This document shows, piece after piece, positions 10,558 through 20,753 of a DNA stretch of 64,000 nucleotides; position 1 is the stretch's first letter; each line of letters opens with the position of its first letter. The notes under the pieces were generated by a model. The model did no database searches and was not told the DNA's origin. It saw only the letters and a list, made by a program, of their open reading frames with translations. Made by a program: the position numbers and the translations under genes. Source of the DNA: Actinomycetota bacterium (GTDB lineage: Bacteria; Actinomycetota; Actinomycetes; Nanopelagicales; Nanopelagicaceae); NCBI GenBank assembly GCA_041161815.1, contig JBEATV010000002.1:2622-66621 (forward strand), written 5' to 3'.

Positions 10558-10749
10558 GCGTTGCCGTGCTTCATGGTGAGAGTTCTCGCCTTCCGGTTAG
10601 TGTGGCTCCGGGGCGAAGGAAAATACCGACGTTGACCTACAAGAGATGTGCGCGCATAGAAAACAGCGCTACACAAAGTTTATGAAGCAATCCATCATCA
10701 GACCGGAAAGGTCCGACAACGTGAAAGCCTCTAACCCATGCAGGATTAG

Positions 10750-10915
10750 CGGTTCGTGTTCCCTCTCATCCGGACTTTAACCGTCGGTCTTGGAATTTCA
10801 CCAAGTCCACCGCTAGCTGGATGCAAGCGGGTCGCAGACTTTAACTGCCGGTTCGGAATTTCGCAGACTTTAACTGCCGGTTCGGAATTACACCGACCCC
10901 GGAAACAACAGCGCG
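10750..10915 (-). promoter_or_regulatory. FMN riboswitch (RFN element) in the leader of ribD-ribE-ribBA-ribH
   Basis: The minus-strand RNA reads ...UUUCCGGGGUCGGUGUAAUUCCGAACCGGCAGUUAAAGUCUGCGA...CCCGC...GGUGGACUUGGUGAAAUUCCAAGACCGACGGUUAAAGUCCGGAUGAGAGGGAA. This matches the conserved RFN core (GGGUCG/CGACCC helix, GGUGAAAUUCC, CCGACGGU-AAAGUCCGGAUG-GAG). It lies about 195 nt upstream of ribD. It contains an extra 29-nt duplicated segment (see findings). Confidence 0.85.
10832..10889. repeat. perfect 29-bp tandem duplication inside the FMN aptamer
   Basis: tcgcagactttaactgccggttcggaatt occurs at 10832-10860 and again, identical and adjacent, at 10861-10889. Confidence 0.95.
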
Positions 10916-10921
10916 ATTCTA
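10916..10921 (-). promoter_or_regulatory. putative -10 hexamer (TAGAAT) of the rib operon promoter
   Basis: The minus strand reads ...gcgggTAGAATcgcgctGUUGUUUCC. A TANNNT-type hexamer sits about 7 nt before the first P1 nucleotides of the riboswitch. No convincing -35 element is present. Confidence 0.3.
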
Positions 10922-10967
10922 CCCGCGGATCATTGGCGCGGTTTACTGCGCGAAGAGTGCAGTGCCA

Positions 10968-11060
10968 ACCGAACGCTACTTCTTGCCTGCCGAACGCTGG
11001 TTCTCTTGCCTGTCGGACGCTGGTTCTCTTGCCTGCCGAACGCTGGTTCTCTTGCCTGTC
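10968..11060. repeat. tandem array of a 23-bp unit (one diverged 21-bp copy, three full copies, one partial copy)
   Basis: The units are accgaacgctacttcttgcct (10968-10988), gccgaacgctggttctcttgcct (10989-11011), gtcggacgctggttctcttgcct (11012-11034), gccgaacgctggttctcttgcct (11035-11057) and then gtcgga... The array lies between the stop of the DUF885 gene and the rib promoter/riboswitch. Confidence 0.9.
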
Positions 11061-11079
11061 GGAGGGCTTTGAAGGCCGC

Positions 11080-12726
11080 CTAGTTACCGTCCCAAAGCGC
11101 CATTTCACGCTTGAAGGGATCAAGCCCCATGGGTCCAAGGTTGAGGGCAAAGGAGTGGAATTTTTTAAGATCAAACTTTGCGCCCAATCTCTGTTTCGCA
11201 GCTTCACGACAATCCATCCAGAAGCGCTCGCCAACTTTGTACGAGATTGCCTGTCCTGGCCAACCAAGATATCGATCGACTTCACTTCGGGCAGAAATCT
11301 CATCAAGTAGCGCGCGCTCATGGAGAAGTTTAAATGCTGATTCTGCGTTCCAAACTTCACCATTGAAATCTTTGTAACCACAATGCATGCCAATATCGAC
11401 CACGATACGTGCTGCTCGTAGACCTTGTGCCGAGAGATAACCCATCTCGTAACCAGGATCTTCGAAAGCACCTAACTCATCCATCAAGCGCTCTGCGTAA
11501 AGCGCCCATCCCTCACCGTAACCTGAGACCCAGACACGATTGCGCTGGAAACGATTGAGGCGATCAGTGTTGATCTTGGTGGTTGCAACTTGAAGATGGT
11601 GACCAGGGACAGCTTCGTGATACCAGGTAGAAACGATATTCCACCAACCGAAAGTCTTTCGACCCATAGTTGGAAACCAAGTTGTACCAGGACGTGTGAG
11701 ATCTTCACTTGGCCCCATGTAATACGCAGCCGATGCACTTCCTTCGGGAGCAAGGCGAGCTTCGCAATTGCGAATACGAGGATCGATATCAAATTCCTTG
11801 CCATCTAACCTTTCAACCGCAGCTACGATGAATTCGCGTAACTTTTTGAGTAACTCTTCTTCACCTTCGACTGTGTAGCGCGGATCAGTATCAAGACGAT
11901 CAGCGACCTCTCGCAACGTTTTTGCGTCTGGATAAAGTTTCTTAGCCGCGACCCACATGCGCTCATTAATCATCTCTAATTGCTTGATTCCCCACTCATA
12001 GGTATCGCGAAGATCAAGGTCGGCGCCTGTGAAATGGCGGGCCCACAATTTATAGCGCTCTTCACCTACGCCATCAGCGACGAGGCACTGTGGGGCATAG
12101 GTATCCCGCATCCAGAGTGCAAGATCTGCGCAGGCTTTTTCGGCATTTTTCGCTGCGTTCAGCAAATCTTGGTTATCTCCAGAGGCGTTAAATTTCTTGG
12201 CAACAGCGGTGAATGCTCCTTGAGAGAAAGTCTCGAGTTGGCCAGCAGTGGCTAGAACTTGGCGGCGAGAATTGAACTTGCCCTTCTCGGCGACGAAATT
12301 CAATGATGACTTCCAACCCTCAAATGCAGCGCTGATTCCGTTGAGTCGCTTGGTGACGTTAGTGATTGTTTCAGGGTTCTCTTTCTTCATCATCTCAAAT
12401 ACTTGTCTGATGCTTGTGACCGGAGATGAGATCAAGTTGAAGAGGATTCGAGCTTCGTACGTATCATTTAACTTTAACTCCGAGCTCAAGCGCTCGACTG
12501 CAACATCGCGCGCGATTCGATCAATCTCGCTCATGGGAGTCTCTGCATTAATCGCATTGAGGGTCTTGCGAGTGAGTTCTGCGCGCTTGTCATGTCCAGC
12601 CATAGAGAGATCGTCGAGTTGGTCATCGAGGCCAGGAACTCCGAGCATCGTCGCACCGATCGGTGAAAGTTTGATGCCCTCTTCCATAAAGGAATCGAGG
12701 ATCTTCGAGATTGGACTGTTTGGCAT
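11080..12726 (-). CDS. DUF885 family protein (putative metallopeptidase-like)
   Basis: 548 aa with the DUF885-typical motif WYHEAVPGHHLQ and an overall helical architecture. Confidence 0.75.
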   Translation of the reverse strand: MPNSPISKILDSFMEEGIKLSPIGATMLGVPGLDDQLDDLSMAGHDKRAELTRKTLNAINAETPMSEIDRIARDVAVERLSSELKLNDTYEARILFNLISSPVTSIRQVFEMMKKENPETITNVTKRLNGISAAFEGWKSSLNFVAEKGKFNSRRQVLATAGQLETFSQGAFTAVAKKFNASGDNQDLLNAAKNAEKACADLALWMRDTYAPQCLVADGVGEERYKLWARHFTGADLDLRDTYEWGIKQLEMINERMWVAAKKLYPDAKTLREVADRLDTDPRYTVEGEEELLKKLREFIVAAVERLDGKEFDIDPRIRNCEARLAPEGSASAAYYMGPSEDLTRPGTTWFPTMGRKTFGWWNIVSTWYHEAVPGHHLQVATTKINTDRLNRFQRNRVWVSGYGEGWALYAERLMDELGAFEDPGYEMGYLSAQGLRAARIVVDIGMHCGYKDFNGEVWNAESAFKLLHERALLDEISARSEVDRYLGWPGQAISYKVGERFWMDCREAAKQRLGAKFDLKKFHSFALNLGPMGLDPFKREMALWDGN

Positions 12727-12728
12727 TT

Positions 12729-15291
<2,563 letters not shown>

Positions 15292-15411
15292 TCGTGTACC
15301 TCACTCTCGCGCACTCTCGTATTCTCTCGCACTATCTCCCACTTCACCTCAGTGCGATGGAGTTTTTCAAGCTTGGCCCACAGGCCGATGAGTAGAAGGC
15401 TAGAACTTCTG

Positions 15412-15795
15412 TTAGTTGAGCGGGAGAAGAACGAGTAGCACTGTTAGAACAAGTGCCAGTCCAGTTGCCTGAAGAAGAATCGATAATGCGGTTTTGCGAT
15501 CAGCTTTGCGATCTTCTGGGCTCTGAACTTTAGAGAGGTCGCCAAGTTTTCCCAGATTGAAAGTTCCCATGAAGCCATAAGCGAGACAAAACTTCTTCCG
15601 TGATTGAACAAAACCAATTGAGAAGACCAGTAGTGGAACAAAGAGTCCCCAGCGCGCAGAAGCTGGAGAATTACTGCCGACGAGTCCAACGAGTGTGACG
15701 ATAGTGATTGCTAGGCCAATTAGAGCAACAAATTGACGGCGACGAATCTCAGCTTTTCCCAAATTGCACGTTCCGGGAACGTAGCTATAGGTCAT
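15412..15795 (-). CDS. small integral membrane protein, function unknown
   Basis: 127 aa with three or four hydrophobic segments and the N-terminal motif CNLGKAEIRRRQ. Its ATG overlaps the stop of the upstream mini-ORF (TAATG). Confidence 0.55.
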   Translation of the reverse strand: MTYSYVPGTCNLGKAEIRRRQFVALIGLAITIVTLVGLVGSNSPASARWGLFVPLLVFSIGFVQSRKKFCLAYGFMGTFNLGKLGDLSKVQSPEDRKADRKTALSILLQATGLALVLTVLLVLLPLN

Positions 15796-15944
15796 TAGAA
15801 CGCTTCTTCTAACTCTTCGTCTTCAGCCCACACTTCTTGAACTTCATCCTGCTTTTCAACCCATGAGAGAAAAGAGAGCGCGCCGCGCACGGCGACAACC
15901 AACAGAGCAATAACTGCCGCAACGCGTCGAATTGCCTTAATCAT
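15795..15944 (-). CDS. 49-aa mini membrane protein (hypothetical)
   Basis: Hand-translated as MIKAIRRVAAVIALLVVAVRGALSFLSWVEKQDEVQEVWAEDEELEEAF. It has one TM helix plus an acidic tail. It is below the length cutoff of the ORF track and is translationally coupled to the next ORF. Confidence 0.4.
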   Translation of the reverse strand: MIKAIRRVAAVIALLVVAVRGALSFLSWVEKQDEVQEVWAEDEELEEAF

Positions 15945-15953
15945 GGGTGAAGC

Positions 15954-17495
15954 CTACGGCAGATTTTTCAAAGTTTCCAACGCTGCCATTGCAGCATTGT
16001 GGCCTGCTATTCCGCTGACTCCTCCACCACGCACTGCGCCTGAGCCGGCAATCAAAATTCGTTGAGAGTTTGTCTCTACTCCCCACTTCCGTGAATCTCC
16101 GTTAACTTTCCAAGGGAATTGCAGGTCGCCATGAAAGATATTCCCTCGCGGTAAACCAAGTGCGCGCTCTAATTCCTGAGGCGTCTTTGCCTCAATACAG
16201 GGCCGACCATCTGCATCCAGGGCGAGGTATTCATGGATTGGTCGAACCAAGTAATCATTTAACCCAGAGAGAATTCGTTTGACGACTTCTTCCTTTACTG
16301 CATCATGATCTCTATCAAAGAGAGAAGCGGGAGTATGAAGAGCAAATAGCGTGAGTGTGTGGAATCCTCGAGCGATGAGTTCGGGCGACAAAATAGATGG
16401 GTCAGTGAGCGTATGGCAATACATCTCAGATGGAATCTCGGTCGGGATTTTGCCTGAATTCGCCTCTTCAAATGCGCGCTCTAGTTGGAAATAGCTCTCA
16501 TTGATATGAAATGTTCCAGCAAAGGCCACACGCGGATCGATTCCACATTTGAGTTCAGGTAGTTTCTGCAGAACCATATTGATCTTCAACTGAGACCCAT
16601 CGCGCAAGGCAGGCGCCGGAATACCAGATAACTTCTCCAGAATTTGCGGCGAACAATTAGCTAATGCGATCTTCGCAGAGAAAACTTCGTTCCGAGTCGT
16701 TGCCTGAATCCCAGCATCATCTTCTATGAGAGATAGAACCTCCACGTTCGTCCTTATCTCAACACCTAACTCATTGCATCGTCTAACCAATTCAGCAACA
16801 AGGGCGCCCATTCCCCCTTGAGGCACCTTCCATTCACCGGTTCCATTTCCAATCAGGTGGTAGAGAAAGCACTTATTTGCTGCGTGATCATTGGCGCCCG
16901 TAAAAGTTCCAATCAATCCATCGGTGAGGACTACGCCTTTGACAAGATCATCGAAGAAATTGTCGTGCAAGGTTTGGCCCAGCGTGTTTTCTACCAGCTC
17001 AATCCAAGTGAGCGGATCAACAAGTTCTTGTATCTCTGACTCTGTTGGAAGGGGTTGCAACATGGTGGGAGCAACTACATGAGCAAACTCCAAGACTGAG
17101 CTGTAGAAATTCTGCCACGCGAGGGACTCTTCGTCATTGCCCGTGAGAAGACTCAAAGATTCTTGCGTCTCTTCATCAAAGTTGCGATTAATCAGAAGAC
17201 CCTTATCTCCTTCATCATCAAAATATGGAGTGTATGAAGAAACGGTGCGACTGATTGTCGTGAAATTGAGTGATAAATCGCGAACAATTTCATCGGGGAA
17301 GAGTGAGACAAGATATGAGTAGCGAGAGAGGCGGGCATCAACGCCCTTGAAAGCCTCTGTGCTCGTTGTCGCTCCCCCAATGTAATCATTCTTCTCAAGA
17401 ACAATTACTTTTTTTCCTGATAAGGCGAGGTAGCAGGCTGCAACCAATCCGTTATGGCCGCTTCCAATAATGATTGCGTCATAGCGAGTACTCAT
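15954..17495 (-). CDS. phytoene-desaturase-family NAD(P)/FAD-dependent oxidoreductase
   Basis: The N-terminal dinucleotide fold is YDAIIIGSGHNGLVAACYLALSGKKVIVLEKNDYIGG. The 513-aa length fits a CrtI/amine-oxidase-like architecture. The substrate cannot be inferred. Confidence 0.8.
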   Translation of the reverse strand: MSTRYDAIIIGSGHNGLVAACYLALSGKKVIVLEKNDYIGGATTSTEAFKGVDARLSRYSYLVSLFPDEIVRDLSLNFTTISRTVSSYTPYFDDEGDKGLLINRNFDEETQESLSLLTGNDEESLAWQNFYSSVLEFAHVVAPTMLQPLPTESEIQELVDPLTWIELVENTLGQTLHDNFFDDLVKGVVLTDGLIGTFTGANDHAANKCFLYHLIGNGTGEWKVPQGGMGALVAELVRRCNELGVEIRTNVEVLSLIEDDAGIQATTRNEVFSAKIALANCSPQILEKLSGIPAPALRDGSQLKINMVLQKLPELKCGIDPRVAFAGTFHINESYFQLERAFEEANSGKIPTEIPSEMYCHTLTDPSILSPELIARGFHTLTLFALHTPASLFDRDHDAVKEEVVKRILSGLNDYLVRPIHEYLALDADGRPCIEAKTPQELERALGLPRGNIFHGDLQFPWKVNGDSRKWGVETNSQRILIAGSGAVRGGGVSGIAGHNAAMAALETLKNLP

Positions 17496-17513
17496 TACTC
17501 TGCCAAATTCAAC

Positions 17514-18692
17514 TTAGATGCTCTTGAGAATGCGATTGAACGCTTCCGAGATGATTTCGGGGCTGGTTCCAAAGTTGAACCTAGCGAATTGCCCATGTTT
17601 AGGTCCGTACATGTGGCCGCCATTGATTGCGAGCTTTCCCCTCTCGAGTATGACCTTTGTTGGGTCTTCACCGAGTCCTAGGGAGGAAAGATCAAGCCAC
17701 GCTAAATAGCCGAAATCGGGTACTCGATATTTGATGGCAGGGATCTGAGAGTCGATGAGTGATGTAATCAATTTTCTATTTTCATCGAGGGAGGTGAGTA
17801 CCCCTTCTAGCCACGGTACGGAGTCTTTAAAGGCTGCAGTTGCCGCCACCGCGCCAAAGAGCGATGCGCGAAAAGCCACTGAGATTGGCATGGAATTGAT
17901 CTTCTCTTTGATGGCAGCCGAGTTAGTAATGATGACTGCGCACTTTAAGCCAGCCAAATTGAAGCCCTTGCTCGCACTCGTAATCGTGATTCCAACTTCT
18001 TGTGCTTCGTCACTGACCGAAAGAAAAGGTGCGAAAGATTCTGATTCGTAAACTAGCGGAGCATGAATCTCGTCACTGATGATGTAGACGCCGTACTTCT
18101 TTGCCATGGAAGCAAGGGTCGCAAGATCTGACTTGCTAAAGATTACCCCTACTGGATTATGTGGGTGGCAAAGAATATGAACTTTAACTCCAGATTGATA
18201 TTCCTTTTCAATAGCTTCGAAGTTTAAGGAATAATTCAAATCTACTTCGCGTAAAGGGATGTCTACTAGCGTTGCTCCAACTTCAGCGACCCAGCGCCAC
18301 ATATTGTCGTAGACAGGAGAATTGAGCATTACTTTATCGCCAGGCCTGATCAAGGTTCGAATGACTTCTACAGTGCCGACTCCGACATCTGTTGCAATGC
18401 GCATCTGAGAGACATCAACGTTCCAATTCCAACGTACTTTGGCGAAAGTTGCGAAAGATTCGAACATCTCAGGAAATGGACCAAGGTATCCCGTATCGGA
18501 ACGATCAATCATGTCCCGAAGAGCGATTTTGATTGGCTCTGCGATCGGAAAGTCCATCTCTGCAACAGGAAGTGGAAGAACATCATTGGGAAACTGTCGC
18601 CACTTGACGCTCTTTCTTTTACGAAGATCTTGTAGTGCGAGCGCTTGAACAGAGGTGGTCATATTGCGCAGTATGCCACTGGCCATCATCAA
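17514..18692 (-). CDS. MalY/PatB-family PLP-dependent C-S lyase (cystathionine beta-lyase type aminotransferase fold)
   Basis: Motifs ISDEIHAPLVY, SASKGFNLAGLK (PLP lysine) and YLAWLDLS parallel E. coli MalY and B. subtilis PatB. Confidence 0.8.
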   Translation of the reverse strand: MMMASGILRNMTTSVQALALQDLRKRKSVKWRQFPNDVLPLPVAEMDFPIAEPIKIALRDMIDRSDTGYLGPFPEMFESFATFAKVRWNWNVDVSQMRIATDVGVGTVEVIRTLIRPGDKVMLNSPVYDNMWRWVAEVGATLVDIPLREVDLNYSLNFEAIEKEYQSGVKVHILCHPHNPVGVIFSKSDLATLASMAKKYGVYIISDEIHAPLVYESESFAPFLSVSDEAQEVGITITSASKGFNLAGLKCAVIITNSAAIKEKINSMPISVAFRASLFGAVAATAAFKDSVPWLEGVLTSLDENRKLITSLIDSQIPAIKYRVPDFGYLAWLDLSSLGLGEDPTKVILERGKLAINGGHMYGPKHGQFARFNFGTSPEIISEAFNRILKSI

Positions 18693-18730
18693 GATGGAAC
18701 AAGCGGAGAGAGAAAACTACCGATCTTTGA

Positions 18731-19687
18731 TTAGCCCTTGACTGAGCCAGCAAGCAATCCCCGCACAAAATAGCGCTGTAGAGCAAAGAAGACTCCGACA
18801 GGTACAAGAATTGATACAAAGGCACCAGCAGTCAGTAGCTCCCAATCGCCACCACGCGTTCCTGTCATCTCTGCCAAACGGACCATCAACGGCGCAATAT
18901 CGCGCTTTCCGCCGCCAAAAGTAAGTGCTACGAGCAAGTCATTCCACACCCAGAGGAATTGGAAGATTGCAAAAGAAGCGATTGCTGGGATGCTTAAAGG
19001 AAGAACAATCTGGCGGAATAGTTTGAAGTAATCGGCGCCATCTACTCGTGCAGCTTCAATGAGTTCGCGTGGAAGTTGGGCAATGAAATTGTGGAGTAAG
19101 AATATCGCCAGCGGAAGACCAAACATTGTATGTGCAAGCCAGATCGGAATGAAAGTTCCTGTGATGCCGAAACTTGGAATGATAGTTACAGTTCCGAGAT
19201 GTAATCCGCCCGAAAAGAGTTGCAGAAGTGGAATGAGTGACATTTGTAGCGGAATAACTTGGAGTGCAAATATTGAAAAGAAGAGAAGATTTCGCCCTTT
19301 GAAATCAAACCAGGCGATTGAGTAGGCTGCAAAAATCGCAATTGTGATAGGAATAATTGTTGAAGGTATAACAATGGCAAAAGTATTGAGGAAGTACAGA
19401 CTCAAGGGTGGTGTTGCGCCGCTACCTTCAAAGAGAACGCGAGAGTAGTTCTCAAAGGTAAAGATAGGGCTCTGGATAAAGTTCCACCAGCCTGATGTGT
19501 TGATTTCGGTGCTAGGGCGGAAGGAGGTAACGAAGAGTCCAAAAGTTGGAATCGTCCACAGAACCGCGAGAACAATGGCAGCAAAGCTCGCCCATGGGCT
19601 CGAGAGATGAACCTTGACGGACTCCACCTCTTTGAACCGGCTCTTGCCCGTCCTCTTCATTGATTTCATTACGTTTCTTGCCATCAT
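18731..19687 (-). CDS. carbohydrate ABC transporter permease (MalG-like)
   Basis: Six-TM permease with an EAA-type loop (ELIEAARVDGADYFKLFRQIVLP). Its start overlaps the stop of the upstream permease. Confidence 0.85.
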   Translation of the reverse strand: MMARNVMKSMKRTGKSRFKEVESVKVHLSSPWASFAAIVLAVLWTIPTFGLFVTSFRPSTEINTSGWWNFIQSPIFTFENYSRVLFEGSGATPPLSLYFLNTFAIVIPSTIIPITIAIFAAYSIAWFDFKGRNLLFFSIFALQVIPLQMSLIPLLQLFSGGLHLGTVTIIPSFGITGTFIPIWLAHTMFGLPLAIFLLHNFIAQLPRELIEAARVDGADYFKLFRQIVLPLSIPAIASFAIFQFLWVWNDLLVALTFGGGKRDIAPLMVRLAEMTGTRGGDWELLTAGAFVSILVPVGVFFALQRYFVRGLLAGSVKG

Positions 19688-20685
19688 CGCTCCGCTCTCT
19701 CACGTCTGAGATGGAGCACGTTGTACGCCACAAGAGGAAGCACGCCTATAAATAGAATGACAGCTAGCGCGCTTCCCGTACCGTAATTGAGGGCTCGGAA
19801 AGACTGGTTGTACATTTCGTTGGCAATCACACTGGTCTTGAAATTTCCACCAGTCATGGTTCGAATAATGTCGAAAACCTTCAGCGCGCCAATCGTGATG
19901 GTGCTCAGAACGACGATGATGGTTCCGCGAATCATGGGCACAGTTACCTTGCTAAATCGCTTCCAGCCACTTGCGCCATCAAGCATGGATGCTTCGAGGA
20001 TCTCATCTGGAATCGCCTTAATTGCCGCTGAAAGCACGACCATGGCAAAGCCGGTCTGGATCCAAACAAAGACAATGATGAGAAGGAAAGTATTAAGCGG
20101 TGATGTCAGAATCCAATTGGTGGGAACAAAACCCAGCCACTCTGCAATCTGACTGAGCAATCCAATTTCAGCGACGCGATCATTGGGTTGGAATTGATAT
20201 ACAAATTTCCAGATGATTCCTGCACCCACAAATGAGATAGCCATAGGCATGAAGATGAGCGACTTCACAAGGCCTGGACGTCTCATACGATCAGTGAGAA
20301 CAGCGATTGTTAAACCGAATCCTGTCGATGCAATCGGGGCCACGACCATCCAAATACCTGTGTTCTTGAGAACATCAAGAATCTCGGGCTGAGTGAATGC
20401 CCAGTGATAATTTTCTAGACCTACAAAAGAGTCACCGCGCGCATCGCGAAACGAGAGATAGAGAGTTCTCAGCGCTGGGCCAATCAACCCAATGAAGAGA
20501 AAGGCCAAAGCTGGAGCAAGGAAAACGAGGTACTTCACATATCGCTGTACCCGCTCAGAACTTCTCTCTGCTAGCCAGAATGCCAGAGCAACGAGGATTC
20601 CAAAAATTAGGATGGTGAGAACTAGGCTCGATAACTTTGAGACTGCTTGCTCGAGTTGCGATTGACGTGCTGCTAATTCCAGCAT
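19684..20685 (-). CDS. carbohydrate ABC transporter permease (MalF-like)
   Basis: Multi-TM permease with an EAA loop (EILEASMLDGASGWKRFSKVTVP). Confidence 0.85.
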   Translation of the reverse strand: MLELAARQSQLEQAVSKLSSLVLTILIFGILVALAFWLAERSSERVQRYVKYLVFLAPALAFLFIGLIGPALRTLYLSFRDARGDSFVGLENYHWAFTQPEILDVLKNTGIWMVVAPIASTGFGLTIAVLTDRMRRPGLVKSLIFMPMAISFVGAGIIWKFVYQFQPNDRVAEIGLLSQIAEWLGFVPTNWILTSPLNTFLLIIVFVWIQTGFAMVVLSAAIKAIPDEILEASMLDGASGWKRFSKVTVPMIRGTIIVVLSTITIGALKVFDIIRTMTGGNFKTSVIANEMYNQSFRALNYGTGSALAVILFIGVLPLVAYNVLHLRRERAER

Positions 20686-20709
20686 TGCAACTCCTCACTA
20701 GTTGTGGAA

Positions 20710-20740
20710 GGGGTGCAGTGACGAAACGTCACCACACCCC
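20710..20740 (-). promoter_or_regulatory. intercistronic stem-loop between the binding-protein and permease genes
   Basis: GGGGTG-ca-GTGACG-aaa-CGTCAC-ca-CACCCC gives two 6-bp helices separated by a 2x2 internal loop. No U-tract follows, so it is more likely a processing or stability element than a full terminator. Confidence 0.5.
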
Positions 20741-20753
20741 CCACTTTATTCAA

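Noticed and set aside
9860-10579. 239-aa plus-strand ORF
   Set aside because: It lies entirely antisense to ribD, whose identity is unambiguous. The translation is Ala/Ser/Arg-rich with no recognisable motif, which is typical of a shadow ORF.
10968-11060. Possible CRISPR array
   Set aside because: The 23-bp units are directly adjacent with no spacers. No cas genes are present in the window.
10746-11471. 241-aa minus-strand ORF and 184-aa plus-strand ORF spanning the rib leader
   Set aside because: Both run through the FMN riboswitch and the 23-bp repeat array and into the 3' end of the DUF885 gene. Their Arg/Ser/Cys-rich translations reflect repeat and RNA-structure sequence, not coding sequence.
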